A stretch of DNA of 47,612 nucleotides from an uncultured Pirellulales bacterium (GCA_964394625.1 CAYMYK010000005.1:1-47612); one strand, 5' to 3'; positions 9,283 through 19,176 are shown, numbered from the stretch's first letter. The notes: generated from the sequence alone by a model not told the origin. Numbers and translations: made by a program.

Positions 9283-10128
9283 ATGTATGAGATTATTGAG
9301 AAGAAGGCGCTTGGGCCGGACGTGACGCAGTATGAGGTCAGGGCGCCGAGGATAGCGAAATCACGCAAGTGCGGCCAGTTCGTGATAGTGCGGGCGTTCG
9401 GGCATTCCGAGCGGATACCGCTGACGATAGCGGATGTGGATGCCGGGCGGGGGACGATAACCTTGATAGTTCAGACGGTTGGCAAGAGCACGCTTGAGAT
9501 GAGGCGGCTCGAGAAGGGACAGGGCTTTGCAGACGTTGCAGGGCCTTTGGGCTTGCCGAGCCATATCGAAAAGTACGGGACGGCGGTTGTGATTGGAGGC
9601 GGCCTGGGCACGGCGGTGGTGTACCCGCAGGCGGTCGCGCTGAAAAGAATAGGCAATGAGGTTATAAGCATTATAGGTGCGCGGACGAAGGAGCTGTTGA
9701 TATTAGAGGAGCTGCTGGGTTCTGTAAGCGACCGGCAGATAGTGACGACCGACGACGGCTCGGCGGGGATGAAGGGTTTTGTGACTGATGCATTGAAGAT
9801 GCTTGTCGGTGAGAGAGAGAGGAGTGTCGGTGCGGTTTATTGTGCGGGGCCTGTGATAATGATGAAGGCGGTTGCGGAGGTGACGAAGCCGTTGAATATA
9901 CGCACTATAGTGAGTTTGAACCCTGTGATGGTCGATGGGACGGGGATGTGCGGTGGCTGTCGAGTGACGGTCGGGGGCGAGAGGAAATTTGCGTGCGTTG
10001 ACGGGCCTGAGTTCGACGGGCACGATGTCGATTTCGACGAGCTGATGGACCGCCTGACGACTTACAGGGACCATGAGCAGAAGACGCTGGAAAGATATAA
10101 AGAGCATAAGTGCAAGTTGGATGAGTGA
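9283..10128 (+). CDS. nfnA: NfnA/SudB-like (PyrK-family) FAD/[2Fe-2S] electron-transfer subunit of NADH-dependent ferredoxin:NADP+ oxidoreductase or sulfide dehydrogenase
   Basis: Ferredoxin-reductase-like FAD/NAD-binding core with a C-terminal Cys cluster (GMCGGCRV...FACVDGPEF), typical of PyrK, SudB and NfnA. It lies immediately upstream of a GltD-like partner. Confidence 0.7.
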   Translation: MYEIIEKKALGPDVTQYEVRAPRIAKSRKCGQFVIVRAFGHSERIPLTIADVDAGRGTITLIVQTVGKSTLEMRRLEKGQGFADVAGPLGLPSHIEKYGTAVVIGGGLGTAVVYPQAVALKRIGNEVISIIGARTKELLILEELLGSVSDRQIVTTDDGSAGMKGFVTDALKMLVGERERSVGAVYCAGPVIMMKAVAEVTKPLNIRTIVSLNPVMVDGTGMCGGCRVTVGGERKFACVDGPEFDGHDVDFDELMDRLTTYRDHEQKTLERYKEHKCKLDE

Positions 10129-10143
10129 ACCGGAACGGCGACG

Positions 10144-11616
10144 ATGAGCGAATCGGAAAAAACACCACAGAGACAGAAGAAGCTGAGCGCGAAAGAGCGG
10201 ATGGGGATACCGCGAGTGGAGATGCCGCAGCGGGACGGCAAAGAGCGAAGCAGGGATTTTGAGGAGGTGAACTTAGGGCTTGGCGAGCGGGCGGCTGTTC
10301 GTGAGGCGCAGCGGTGTCTGCAATGCAAGACGGCGAGGTGCGTTGAGGGATGTCCTGTCGGGATTGATATACCGGGTTTTGTGAAGCTGATAGCGGAGGG
10401 TGACTTTCTGGGTGCGGCTGCGCTTGTTCGGCGTGACAATGATTTGCCCGGGGTGACGGGGCGGGTATGTCCTCAGGAGACTCAGTGCGAGGCCAGATGC
10501 GTTCGGTGCAAGAGCGATGCGCCGGTTGCGATTGGTTGGCTTGAACGCTTCGTAGCGGATTATGAGGTGGAACATCGCAGCGGCCGTCCAAAAGTTTCGG
10601 CTGAAAGAAACGGCAAAAAGGTGGCGTGCATCGGGTCGGGGCCTGCGGGGATTACGTGTGCCGGGCAGCTTGCGAAGGCCGGCTACGACGTTACGGTATT
10701 CGAGGCGTTTCACAAGCCGGGCGGGGTGCTGGTCTATGGGATACCGGAATTTCGTATGCCGAACCGCGTGGTGGCCGACGAGATTGAGAATGTCAAATCG
10801 TTAGGCGTCAAGATTGAAACGAACGTGATTGTGGGCAGGACGGTTACGATTGAGCAGCTTATGGGCGAGGAGGGGTACGATGCGGTGTTTATCGCGGTGG
10901 GGGCGGGGCTGCCGAGCTTTATGAACGTACCTGGTGAGAACTTCAAGGGTGTGTATTCGGCGAACGAGTATCTTACGCGGTCGAACCTGATGGAGGCGTA
11001 CGATGCCAGGTCGGATACGCCGATTATACGGGGCAGGCGGGTATGCGTAATCGGCGGCGGCAATACGGCGATGGACGCGGTGCGGACGAGCAAGCGATTG
11101 GGCGCAAAGCAGAGCATTATTGTCTATAGGCGGGCGAGGGAACAGATGCCGGCCAGGGCCGAGGAGGTCCACCACGCAGAAGAGGAGGATATCCGGTTCG
11201 AATTTTTGACGGCGCCGGTAGAGGTGCTCGGTGACGACAAGGGCTGGGTGAGGGGGCTGCGGTGTATCAGGATGCGATTGGGCGAGCCGGACGAATCGGG
11301 CAGGCGAAGGCCGGTGCCGATTGAGGGCTCGGAATTTGAGATGGAATGCGACTTAGTGATTGTGGCGATTGGGACAAAAGCCAACCCGCTTTTGACAAAA
11401 TCGACGGAGGGGCTTGGCTTGAACAAGTGGGGCTATATCGAGGTTGATGATGAGATGATGACGAGCATTGCCGGGGTGTTTGCGGGGGGGGATATTGTGC
11501 GCGGGTCGGCGACGGTGATTTTGGCGATGGGGGACGGCAAGTGTGCGGCGGCGAGTATCGACAGGTATCTGGCGGGAAGACAGAACGGCGGATGCGGGGG
11601 TCTGCGGCGAGAGTAG
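10144..11616 (+). CDS. nfnB: NfnB/SudA-like glutamate-synthase-small-subunit-family oxidoreductase (two [4Fe-4S] clusters, FAD, NADPH)
   Basis: CLQCKTARCVEGCPVGIDIPGFV is the iron-sulfur motif. VACIGSGPAGITCAGQLAKAGYDVTVFE and VCVIGGGNTAMD are Rossmann folds. IAIGTKANP and FAGGDIVRG are GltD/NfnB signatures. Confidence 0.8.
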   Translation: MSESEKTPQRQKKLSAKERMGIPRVEMPQRDGKERSRDFEEVNLGLGERAAVREAQRCLQCKTARCVEGCPVGIDIPGFVKLIAEGDFLGAAALVRRDNDLPGVTGRVCPQETQCEARCVRCKSDAPVAIGWLERFVADYEVEHRSGRPKVSAERNGKKVACIGSGPAGITCAGQLAKAGYDVTVFEAFHKPGGVLVYGIPEFRMPNRVVADEIENVKSLGVKIETNVIVGRTVTIEQLMGEEGYDAVFIAVGAGLPSFMNVPGENFKGVYSANEYLTRSNLMEAYDARSDTPIIRGRRVCVIGGGNTAMDAVRTSKRLGAKQSIIVYRRAREQMPARAEEVHHAEEEDIRFEFLTAPVEVLGDDKGWVRGLRCIRMRLGEPDESGRRRPVPIEGSEFEMECDLVIVAIGTKANPLLTKSTEGLGLNKWGYIEVDDEMMTSIAGVFAGGDIVRGSATVILAMGDGKCAAASIDRYLAGRQNGGCGGLRRE

Positions 11617-11651
11617 AGGTGAGGTAAGGATGTTACGGGGCGCGAGAGTAT

Positions 11652-12422
11652 ATGGGCTGGTTCAAGCGACGACGGCGAGAAGAAACGGCGGCCGGGGCTT
11701 TTCCGAGCGAATGGCTTTCGATTATCGAGAGGAACGTGCCTTATTACGGGCGGCTGACAGAGGCCGACAGGACAGAGCTTCAGAGGCATATCCTTATATT
11801 CCTTTCGGAGAAACGATTCGAGGGCTGTCGGGGTCTTCAGATTACCGATGAGATTCGCCTGACGGTGGCGGCGCAGGCATGCATTCTGCTTTTGCACCGG
11901 CGGACGGATTATTATCCGGGGTTGAAAACGATATTGCTCTATCCGGAGGCATACGTGGCGAGGGCGAGAAGGCGCATCGAGGGCGGGCTGATAGCCGAGG
12001 GCGAGGAGGTTCGATTGGGCGAATCGTGGCGGCGGGGCTCGGTTGTGCTGAGCTGGGATGACGTTCGCCGTGGGGCGGCGGATATTCAGGACGGGCAGAA
12101 CGTGGTGTTTCACGAGTTCGCACATCAGCTTGACAGCTCGGCGGGCCGCGGCGACAGCAGCGAGGTTCTCCGACGGCGGTCGAGCTTTATTGCCTGGGCG
12201 CGGGTGCTGGGCGCGAATTACGAACAGTTACGGCGGGATGTGGATGCGCACAGGCCGACGGTTCTGCGTGCTTATGGTGCGGTTAGCCCGGCGGAGTTTT
12301 TTGCGGTTGCGACGGAGGTGTTCTTCGAGAGGTCTGGCGAGCTGGCAAAAAAACATCCGGAACTATATCGTGAGCTGAAGAATTTTTACCACCAAGACCC
12401 GGCGGGAGAGGGGGGAAATTGA
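11652..12422 (+). CDS. mtfA: MtfA-like zinc-dependent peptidase (M90 family)
   Basis: The HExxH motif VVFHEFAHQLD and the overall layout match Mlc titration factor A family proteins. Confidence 0.65.
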   Translation: MGWFKRRRREETAAGAFPSEWLSIIERNVPYYGRLTEADRTELQRHILIFLSEKRFEGCRGLQITDEIRLTVAAQACILLLHRRTDYYPGLKTILLYPEAYVARARRRIEGGLIAEGEEVRLGESWRRGSVVLSWDDVRRGAADIQDGQNVVFHEFAHQLDSSAGRGDSSEVLRRRSSFIAWARVLGANYEQLRRDVDAHRPTVLRAYGAVSPAEFFAVATEVFFERSGELAKKHPELYRELKNFYHQDPAGEGGN

Positions 12423-12562
12423 CTATTTTCTATTGACTATTGCCTATTGGCTGTTTGGGATTGCAGGCGGGGATTGATTATTGGTTATCGATAGGTTAGT
12501 ATTGGGTGATTGAAATTAGCCCGGCGGCGGTCGGGAGCTTTTTTGTGTGGAGGTGTTTGGAA

Positions 12563-13687
12563 ATGAAGCTGGGTCGTGAGTTAATGTTGGCGGCAGCTTT
12601 GCTGGTGATGGTAAAGGGCGTGGCCTGTTTCGCAGAGGACAAACGGATAGAGACATTGTCGAGCGGGGCGAGCGCACCGGATTTTAATCTGCCGGGTGTT
12701 GACGGGAAGATGCACCGGCTCGGCGATTATGCGGATGCGAAGGTGCTGGTTGTGATATTTACGTGTAATCACTGCCCTGCCGCACAGGCGTACGAAGGGC
12801 GGATAACGAAGTTAGTGGCCGATTACAGGGGTAAGGGTGTAGCGGTAGTTGCAATATCGCCCAACGACCCGCTGGCGATTCGGTTGGATGAGTTGGGTTA
12901 TACTGATTTGAGCGATTCGCTTGCGGAGATGAAGATACGGGCGGCGGAAAAGGGATTTAATTTTCCGTATCTTTACGACGGGCGGACGCAGAAGGTATCG
13001 ATGGCATACGGGCCTGTGACGACGCCGCACGTGTTTGTCTTCGACAAAGAACGGAAACTGCGTTACGAGGGCGGAATTGATAATTCGCAGGACCCGAGGT
13101 TAGTGAAGAGGCATTTTTTACGGAATGCTATAGATGCGCTTTTGGCCGGGCGCCAGGCAGCGGTGAAGCAGACGAAAACGTTCGGGTGCTCAATTAAGTG
13201 GTCGAGCAAACGCGAATGGGTCGCCAAGGCGTTCGAAGAGTGGGCGGCCGAGCCGGTTGTTTTGAATGAGATTGATGCGTCAGGCCTGAAGAATATTTTG
13301 AGCAACGATACGAAGAAGCTTCGATTAGTGAACCTCTGGGCGAGCTGGTGCGGGCCCTGCGTGATAGAATTTCCGGAATTAGTGAGGACGAACCGGATGT
13401 ACCGGGGGCGGGATTTCGAGATGGTGACTGTCAGCACCGATATGGTAAGTATGGCTGAGCGGGCGCTCGGTTTTTTGAAGGAGCGGGAGGCATCGATGCA
13501 AAACTGTATCTTTGCCGGGAGCAGGCAGGGATTCATAGAGGCGTTTGATGTGCAGTGGCGCGGGGCCATTCCTTATACGTTAGTGATTAAGCCGGGCGGT
13601 GAGATTATCTACCGGCACGAGGGGATGGTTAACCCGCTGGAGCTCAGGCGTGTGATTGTGGGGCAATTGGGGCGGTACTTTTTCTGA
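12563..13687 (+). CDS. Secreted tandem thioredoxin-fold thiol:disulfide oxidoreductase with two TlpA/redoxin-like domains
   Basis: ATG 12563 is preceded by SD GGAGGTG, and the N-terminus is a signal peptide. Domain 1 carries FTCNHCP. Domain 2 carries the classical WASWCGPC motif. The track start at 12506 is upstream of the SD. Confidence 0.7.
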   Translation: MKLGRELMLAAALLVMVKGVACFAEDKRIETLSSGASAPDFNLPGVDGKMHRLGDYADAKVLVVIFTCNHCPAAQAYEGRITKLVADYRGKGVAVVAISPNDPLAIRLDELGYTDLSDSLAEMKIRAAEKGFNFPYLYDGRTQKVSMAYGPVTTPHVFVFDKERKLRYEGGIDNSQDPRLVKRHFLRNAIDALLAGRQAAVKQTKTFGCSIKWSSKREWVAKAFEEWAAEPVVLNEIDASGLKNILSNDTKKLRLVNLWASWCGPCVIEFPELVRTNRMYRGRDFEMVTVSTDMVSMAERALGFLKEREASMQNCIFAGSRQGFIEAFDVQWRGAIPYTLVIKPGGEIIYRHEGMVNPLELRRVIVGQLGRYFF

Positions 13688-13747
13688 AAAATGTTTATTC
13701 GATTGGGATTTTCGGGGCAAGAGAGGGATTTAAGGTGAGGGGGATAT

Positions 13748-13776
13748 TTGACAATCGCCGGCTAATCTGGTATAAT
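13748..13776 (+). promoter_or_regulatory. Consensus sigma70-type promoter (TTGACA-N17-TATAAT) upstream of the glycoside-hydrolase-like gene
   Basis: TTGACA sits at 13748-13753. A 17-nt spacer atcgccggctaatctgg follows, then TATAAT at 13771-13776. The start codon at 13882, with SD AAGGAGGAG, is about 100 nt downstream. Confidence 0.5.
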
Positions 13777-13881
13777 AGCAAGCCAGCCGGGTTGGGCGAT
13801 AGTGCGCAATTCGGTGGATATGAGGGTGTATGGAAGGTGAAAGGTCGATTTTTTTAGTCAAATCTGAAAAGGAGGAGTGAA

Positions 13882-16488
13882 ATGTCAGGTAAATCAGCAG
13901 GTGTCGTTGCGTTGATGGTTATATCGGCGGTAGTTTTCGGTGCGACGTATCCGGGTCAGATGGGCGTTAACATTGGTGGTATCGGTGAAGGGGGGGGTAT
14001 ATTTGTCGATATGGCGAAAGAGCACCACCGGTACAGCCGGCTGCCGAGCGGGACGATGGCGTATGACAGTGAGGGTTGGCCTTCGTGTGATGCGCAGCTT
14101 GTTATGGATTTTCGCTTAGTGGCGGAATGGGTTGGAGAGATTGACGACCCGGAAGAGTACCGGTATGACAACACGGGGACGTATAAGTGTTCGTTTGTCG
14201 GGCAGGCGACGTTGAGCAGCACGGGAGCGAGTATTGCGAACAAGAGCTATAATTCAGGGACGAACACGACGACGTTCGATCTTATCATTACGCAGAAGCG
14301 AACGTACTGCCATCTGGGCTTTACGAACACCAAACGGACGGCTGTAAGCAGTACGGATACCGGATTTACGGATTTGAAAATGATCAAGCCGGGGTATGCG
14401 GGTGATACGATGCAGACCTTTACCGATGATTTCATAAACACGCTGACGAGCGCAAGTTTCGGCGTGGTTCGGTATATGAACGTGACGGCGACGAACGGTC
14501 ACGAGGCAACTTATCCTGCGACACTGTCGTGGTCGGACCGCAAGCTTGTGACTGATGCGGCGCAGGTTCCGATCGATGCCATAGGCAAGCCACAGGGGGC
14601 GGCATGGGAGTATGTGATACAGATAGCGAACATGACGGAAATGGACCCATGGATCAACGTGCCGGTCTCAGCGACAACGGATTATGTGACGCAATTAGCG
14701 ACGATGTTCAGAGACAATCTCGACCCGAACCTGCACGTTTACGTTGAGAACAGCAACGAGGTGTGGAACGGTATTTTCTATCAGCAGATTTGGAGTGCGT
14801 CTCAGGCCGGCGCATTGGGGATAGATGAACATGAGAACTACGCACGGCGGACGGTAGAGCTTGCGCAGATATTTGAGAGTGTGTACGGCACGGGTTCTCT
14901 GAACAATCGGGTGCGGGTTATGCTTTGCTGTCACGCCCCGATGCTGAAGTGGTGGGTCGAGACCTATATGATTCCGTACATTAACAGCAACTTCCCTGGC
15001 ACGGCATCTGACTACATATATGCAATAGCGAGACAGACATATTTCGGTGCAGGTGACCCGAGTCCGGACACAAGGACGATTGACCAGCTGCTTGACGCCT
15101 GCATGACGGACATAAACGGGCAGATGAGCGAGACGGGAGGGGGCGAAGCGGGCCGGCTTCAGTGGGTGCAGAAGGCGGCGACGTGGGGACTTGTCGGTGG
15201 AGCGTGCTCTTATGAGGGAGGGTATCACTCCCCGGCGAACGGTGTGCTGGAGAATCTGGACAACAAGATTATGATGCATCGTGTGCCGCGAGGCGGCGAA
15301 GTTCTTAAGTACAATTACGATGATGCGTTCTTTGCGCTTGGAGCCAATATAGCGATACAGTTTACGCTACAGAGCTCTGCCACTCGCTACGGGTTCTGGG
15401 GCCTCACCGACGACTTGGCCAATCCGGATCGTAACTACAAGTTTCAGGCGATGCGTGATGTTTTAGGGGATGAAGCGTTGCTGGCGGACTTTGATAACAG
15501 TGGCATTGTAGATATTATGGACTTCAACGTGATGGCGACCGACTGGATGCTGCAGGATGGTTTCACGGGCTCGCAAGACCCGGGCTACGTTGGTCTTGTT
15601 GCCTTCTGGCCGCTGGACGACTCTTCAGGTGATGTGGCAGTCGATGACTCCGGGAACGCAAGAGACGGGATGTTGGGTTCGGCGGTCGGCGCCGATGCGA
15701 ATGACCCGACGTGGTTTAACGATGTCGAGCGCGGGTGGTGTCTGTATTTTGACGGCGGCGACTACATTCAGTGCGGCGGGGGCAAGAACGCAGGGGCCGA
15801 CCCGTGCGACCCGGGGACATGGACGGACCCGTGTACGTGGGCTGATTTTGCAAATTCGTCATTTACGACATCGGTCTGGATAAACCAGAACGACAGCCCG
15901 GACTGGGGCGTGTTCGTCGGCAAGGGTGAGATTCAGTATAAGCTTCAGTTCCTGCTTGGTCTTGACCTCTTGCACTTTGCGCTTCCGCGGACGCCGGGCG
16001 GCGGATTAGGAGGCAGCACTACGATATTGAACAACCAGTGGTACCACATCGCCGGGCTCTGGGACGAGGATAATGAATCGGCGTACCTTTACCTTGACGG
16101 TGTATTAGACAACTGGATGGATTACGGCACGGCGCATCCGGAGGGCGCCGGGGTGTTTATCGACAATGACTGCAACGTGTTGATTGGTGCGACGGTGAGC
16201 GAGGGTTATCTTGAGGACCCGAACCGGCATAAAATAGGCGGCTGCCCGCTTCGTGGTGACGCGGCGGGATACGCCGAGCGATTCTTTAAGGGCTACCTGA
16301 GTGAAGTCAGGATGTATGAGCGGGCGCTGAACGAACTGGAGATAAAGTATTTAGCCGGTATCCCATCAACATACGTTCCGTTGGATTCCGTTGCGAACAT
16401 ATATGATGAGGAGCCGCAGGGCTTGAAGGCGGTGAATTTCAAAGACTATGCGATACTGGCGGACGAATGGATGGTGGCAGGCCCTTAG
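13882..16488 (+). CDS. Secreted glycoside-hydrolase-like protein. The N-terminus is a TIM-barrel-like catalytic region of uncertain family. The C-terminus carries a dockerin-like Ca-binding repeat, a LamG jellyroll domain and a second dockerin-like half-repeat.
   Basis: Strong SD AAGGAGGAG and an N-terminal signal anchor. YVENSNEVWNG resembles the clan GH-A NEP acid/base region. DFDNSGIVDIMDFNVMATDWM is dockerin-like. CLYFDGGDYIQCGGG...WYHIAGLWDE...YLYLDG is LamG. The C-terminal tail reads LKAVNFKDYAILADEW. Confidence 0.55.
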   Translation: MSGKSAGVVALMVISAVVFGATYPGQMGVNIGGIGEGGGIFVDMAKEHHRYSRLPSGTMAYDSEGWPSCDAQLVMDFRLVAEWVGEIDDPEEYRYDNTGTYKCSFVGQATLSSTGASIANKSYNSGTNTTTFDLIITQKRTYCHLGFTNTKRTAVSSTDTGFTDLKMIKPGYAGDTMQTFTDDFINTLTSASFGVVRYMNVTATNGHEATYPATLSWSDRKLVTDAAQVPIDAIGKPQGAAWEYVIQIANMTEMDPWINVPVSATTDYVTQLATMFRDNLDPNLHVYVENSNEVWNGIFYQQIWSASQAGALGIDEHENYARRTVELAQIFESVYGTGSLNNRVRVMLCCHAPMLKWWVETYMIPYINSNFPGTASDYIYAIARQTYFGAGDPSPDTRTIDQLLDACMTDINGQMSETGGGEAGRLQWVQKAATWGLVGGACSYEGGYHSPANGVLENLDNKIMMHRVPRGGEVLKYNYDDAFFALGANIAIQFTLQSSATRYGFWGLTDDLANPDRNYKFQAMRDVLGDEALLADFDNSGIVDIMDFNVMATDWMLQDGFTGSQDPGYVGLVAFWPLDDSSGDVAVDDSGNARDGMLGSAVGADANDPTWFNDVERGWCLYFDGGDYIQCGGGKNAGADPCDPGTWTDPCTWADFANSSFTTSVWINQNDSPDWGVFVGKGEIQYKLQFLLGLDLLHFALPRTPGGGLGGSTTILNNQWYHIAGLWDEDNESAYLYLDGVLDNWMDYGTAHPEGAGVFIDNDCNVLIGATVSEGYLEDPNRHKIGGCPLRGDAAGYAERFFKGYLSEVRMYERALNELEIKYLAGIPSTYVPLDSVANIYDEEPQGLKAVNFKDYAILADEWMVAGP

Positions 16489-16525
16489 TGTCAAGCAGAA
16501 AAACAAGTTGATGAGGAGAAATATA

Positions 16526-19153
16526 ATGTTCAGCAAAAGTGTGCGGGGTGAAGTTATTGTTTTTTTGACAGTGCTGGCGTTGTTTAGTTGTGCGGTGAGC
16601 CCCTTGCCGGCGAGCGGGCAGACAGTGACGATTGACGAGGGCACGAGGTACCAGACGATAGAGGGCTGGGGGACGTGCACCGGCGGGAGCTTAAGCTACG
16701 ATGCGGATTGGCGGTATGCTTACAAGTATCTCGGGTGTAATCTGCTTCGGTTTCCGATGGGCAAGGAGGTGCTGATAGCACCGGACGGCAATTATGCGAC
16801 GGCTGTGGAATTAGTGGATGATATTAACAGCAACGTCGGTGCGATGGATTTTAACACGCAGGCGGTCGGTGGTGATACGGCGTTGTGGCTTATGGACAAT
16901 GCCCTTGAGCCGGAGCGGGTGAAGATTGTTGGTTCGGTGTGGTCGCCTCCGCACTGGATGAAAGGGCCGACGGGAGCGGAGCAGTATCATGTGACGAACC
17001 CTTCGGTTTTGAAGCCGACACCGTGGCTGAGCGAGGGGACGTGGGGCGACAGTATCGGGGGTCGGCTGCTTCAGGACGCGGGCAATTTAGAGCAGTTCGG
17101 GCGCTACATTGCGGCCTGGGCGAAGGGTTTCGAGAACCACTACGGGATGCCGGTATATGCGGTGAGCTTACAGAATGAGCTTAGTTTTGAAAATCCGTTC
17201 GACAGCTGCACTTACCTGCACGGGTATGGCGAACCTGATCCGATCGGGGGGCAATACTGGCAGTATGCAGGGGCGCTTAAGGCGGTGAAGGATGAGTTTG
17301 CGCAGATGGAGACAGAGCACGGGGCGGGCTTTATGGCTACGCAGATTATGGGGCCTCACATGGCGAGCATAAACACGAGCCCGAGCAGCCCGTGGGCGTT
17401 GAATGACCAGATGCAGTTTATCCAGGCGGTGAAGGACCATGCGGATGCGGGTTTGACAGACTTTTTGCATATTTATACGAATAACTATAGTGCGCCGGCG
17501 TATTCGAGGGCGAAGATGTGGCGGGCGTACTGGGAGGGTAAGGATTCGATGCCCGGTGAGCCGTGGGCCGGCTGGCTTTATGCTTCGGGTATAAGCAGCG
17601 ACGGGAAAAAATCGTGGAATTCGGAGGCGGGTGGACACGGTACGAACTGGAACGGCTGTCTTGACCTGGCGCAGGACTTACATGACCAGTTGGTGTGGGG
17701 CAATGTGAGCGCATATATTTACTGGCAGTTTGCCAACAGCGGTGTTGAGACGAGTCAGCACGATCTGGTTGCGGCGCCGGATCTGGCCAGGCCGACGAAG
17801 AGCAAGAAGTACTGTGCGGCGAAACACTTCTTCAGGGCAATTCGGCCCGGGGCCGAGCGTGTGTCGGCGACTTTCGCCGGCGGCAACAGCTCATACGGGT
17901 ACGGCAGTGACCCGATGCGGACGGATTTGAGCTTGAACGTTAGCGCTTACGTGCACGACGAAGACGAGACGGTTACGATTGTCCTGGTGAACATGCGGGC
18001 GAACAATTATTCGGTGACAATCAATGTGCCGCCGCTTTTCGGGATTACGGTGTACAGCGTTCACCGCTCGAGCGCAAGCGAGAACTTCAAGCAGTTGAGT
18101 GATTTGGCCGTATCGGGCGGTCAGGTATCGGTGACGGTGCCCGGTGAGAGCGTTATGACGCTTCACGGGCCGCCTTTGATTGACTTAGAGGCGGATTTCA
18201 ATCACGATGATGTCGTCGATATTAACGACCTGAACACAATGGCGGCGGACTGGATGATGACGGATAGGTTCGAGGGGGCGAAGGACCCGGGGACGGAGAA
18301 CCTTGTGGTGTGCTGGGATATGAACGACCCGAACGACGGGACGACAGTATCGGATTCGAGCGGCAACGAGCATACGGGGGTGTTCGGGAGCGGCAGTTAT
18401 GACCCGAGCTGGTACAACGACGGTCAGCGGGGTTGGTGTCTGTACTTTGACGGAACCGATTACGTGGATTGCGGCGGAGGTAAGGATGCGGGGCAGCCGT
18501 ACACATGGGCGGACTTCAACGAGTCGTCATTCACGTTGGCCGGCTGGGTAAAACAGGAGGCGACACTTGGCTGGGCGAACTTCGTATCGAAGGGTGAGAT
18601 TCACTGGAAGCTGCAGATGCTCTTAGGGTTGAACTATTCGCACTTTGCGTTCCCGAGGGCACCAGGAGCAGGTGTTGGAGGAACGAAGCTGTTCACGAAT
18701 AACAAGTGGTACCATGTAGCAGGTGTCTGGGACGACGAGCAGGAAGTGGCACGTCTCTACCGGGACGGATTTTTAGACGGAGTGCTCTATTGGGGTGATG
18801 CGCATCCCGATAGGTCGGGGATATTTGTGGACAATGACTGCAACGTACTGCTCGGTGCGACAGTAAGTGAAGACTACGAAGAGCTGCCGGAGCGGCACAA
18901 GATAGGCGGCTGTCCGATACGTGACGGGGCGAACTATGCGGAGCTGTTCTTCAGGGGTTGGCTGAGCGATGTGCGGCTGTACGATCGCGCGCTGATAAAG
19001 GACGAGATAAAGTATTTAGCGGGCGGCGAGGCAGTGTACTATGAGTTAGAGTCGCCGGCGAACGTATGGGATGAGGAGCCAGCCGGCTTGAAGGCGGTGA
19101 ATTTCAAAGACTATGCGATACTGGCGAACGAGTGGAGGAGGGCGCTTAATTAG
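16526..19153 (+). CDS. Secreted GH30-like glycoside hydrolase carrying the same C-terminal dockerin-like/LamG/dockerin-like module
   Basis: ATG 16526 with SD GAGGAG 7 nt upstream, then a signal peptide MFSKSVRGEVIVFLTVLALFSCAVSPLPASGQ. The N-terminal motif TIDEGTRYQTIEGWGT resembles the GH30 Q-x-I-(D/E)-G-(F/W)-G start. The C-terminal module is paralogous to 13882-16488. The track start at 16448 lies inside the upstream gene. Confidence 0.6.
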   Translation: MFSKSVRGEVIVFLTVLALFSCAVSPLPASGQTVTIDEGTRYQTIEGWGTCTGGSLSYDADWRYAYKYLGCNLLRFPMGKEVLIAPDGNYATAVELVDDINSNVGAMDFNTQAVGGDTALWLMDNALEPERVKIVGSVWSPPHWMKGPTGAEQYHVTNPSVLKPTPWLSEGTWGDSIGGRLLQDAGNLEQFGRYIAAWAKGFENHYGMPVYAVSLQNELSFENPFDSCTYLHGYGEPDPIGGQYWQYAGALKAVKDEFAQMETEHGAGFMATQIMGPHMASINTSPSSPWALNDQMQFIQAVKDHADAGLTDFLHIYTNNYSAPAYSRAKMWRAYWEGKDSMPGEPWAGWLYASGISSDGKKSWNSEAGGHGTNWNGCLDLAQDLHDQLVWGNVSAYIYWQFANSGVETSQHDLVAAPDLARPTKSKKYCAAKHFFRAIRPGAERVSATFAGGNSSYGYGSDPMRTDLSLNVSAYVHDEDETVTIVLVNMRANNYSVTINVPPLFGITVYSVHRSSASENFKQLSDLAVSGGQVSVTVPGESVMTLHGPPLIDLEADFNHDDVVDINDLNTMAADWMMTDRFEGAKDPGTENLVVCWDMNDPNDGTTVSDSSGNEHTGVFGSGSYDPSWYNDGQRGWCLYFDGTDYVDCGGGKDAGQPYTWADFNESSFTLAGWVKQEATLGWANFVSKGEIHWKLQMLLGLNYSHFAFPRAPGAGVGGTKLFTNNKWYHVAGVWDDEQEVARLYRDGFLDGVLYWGDAHPDRSGIFVDNDCNVLLGATVSEDYEELPERHKIGGCPIRDGANYAELFFRGWLSDVRLYDRALIKDEIKYLAGGEAVYYELESPANVWDEEPAGLKAVNFKDYAILANEWRRALN

Positions 19154-19176
19154 CCTGAGGTTCGGGCAGAGGAAAA

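Noticed and set aside
16448-16525. Track start of the GH30-like gene overlapping the upstream gene
   Set aside because: ATG 16526 has a proper SD (GAGGAG) and begins a signal peptide. The upstream extension overlaps the previous CDS.
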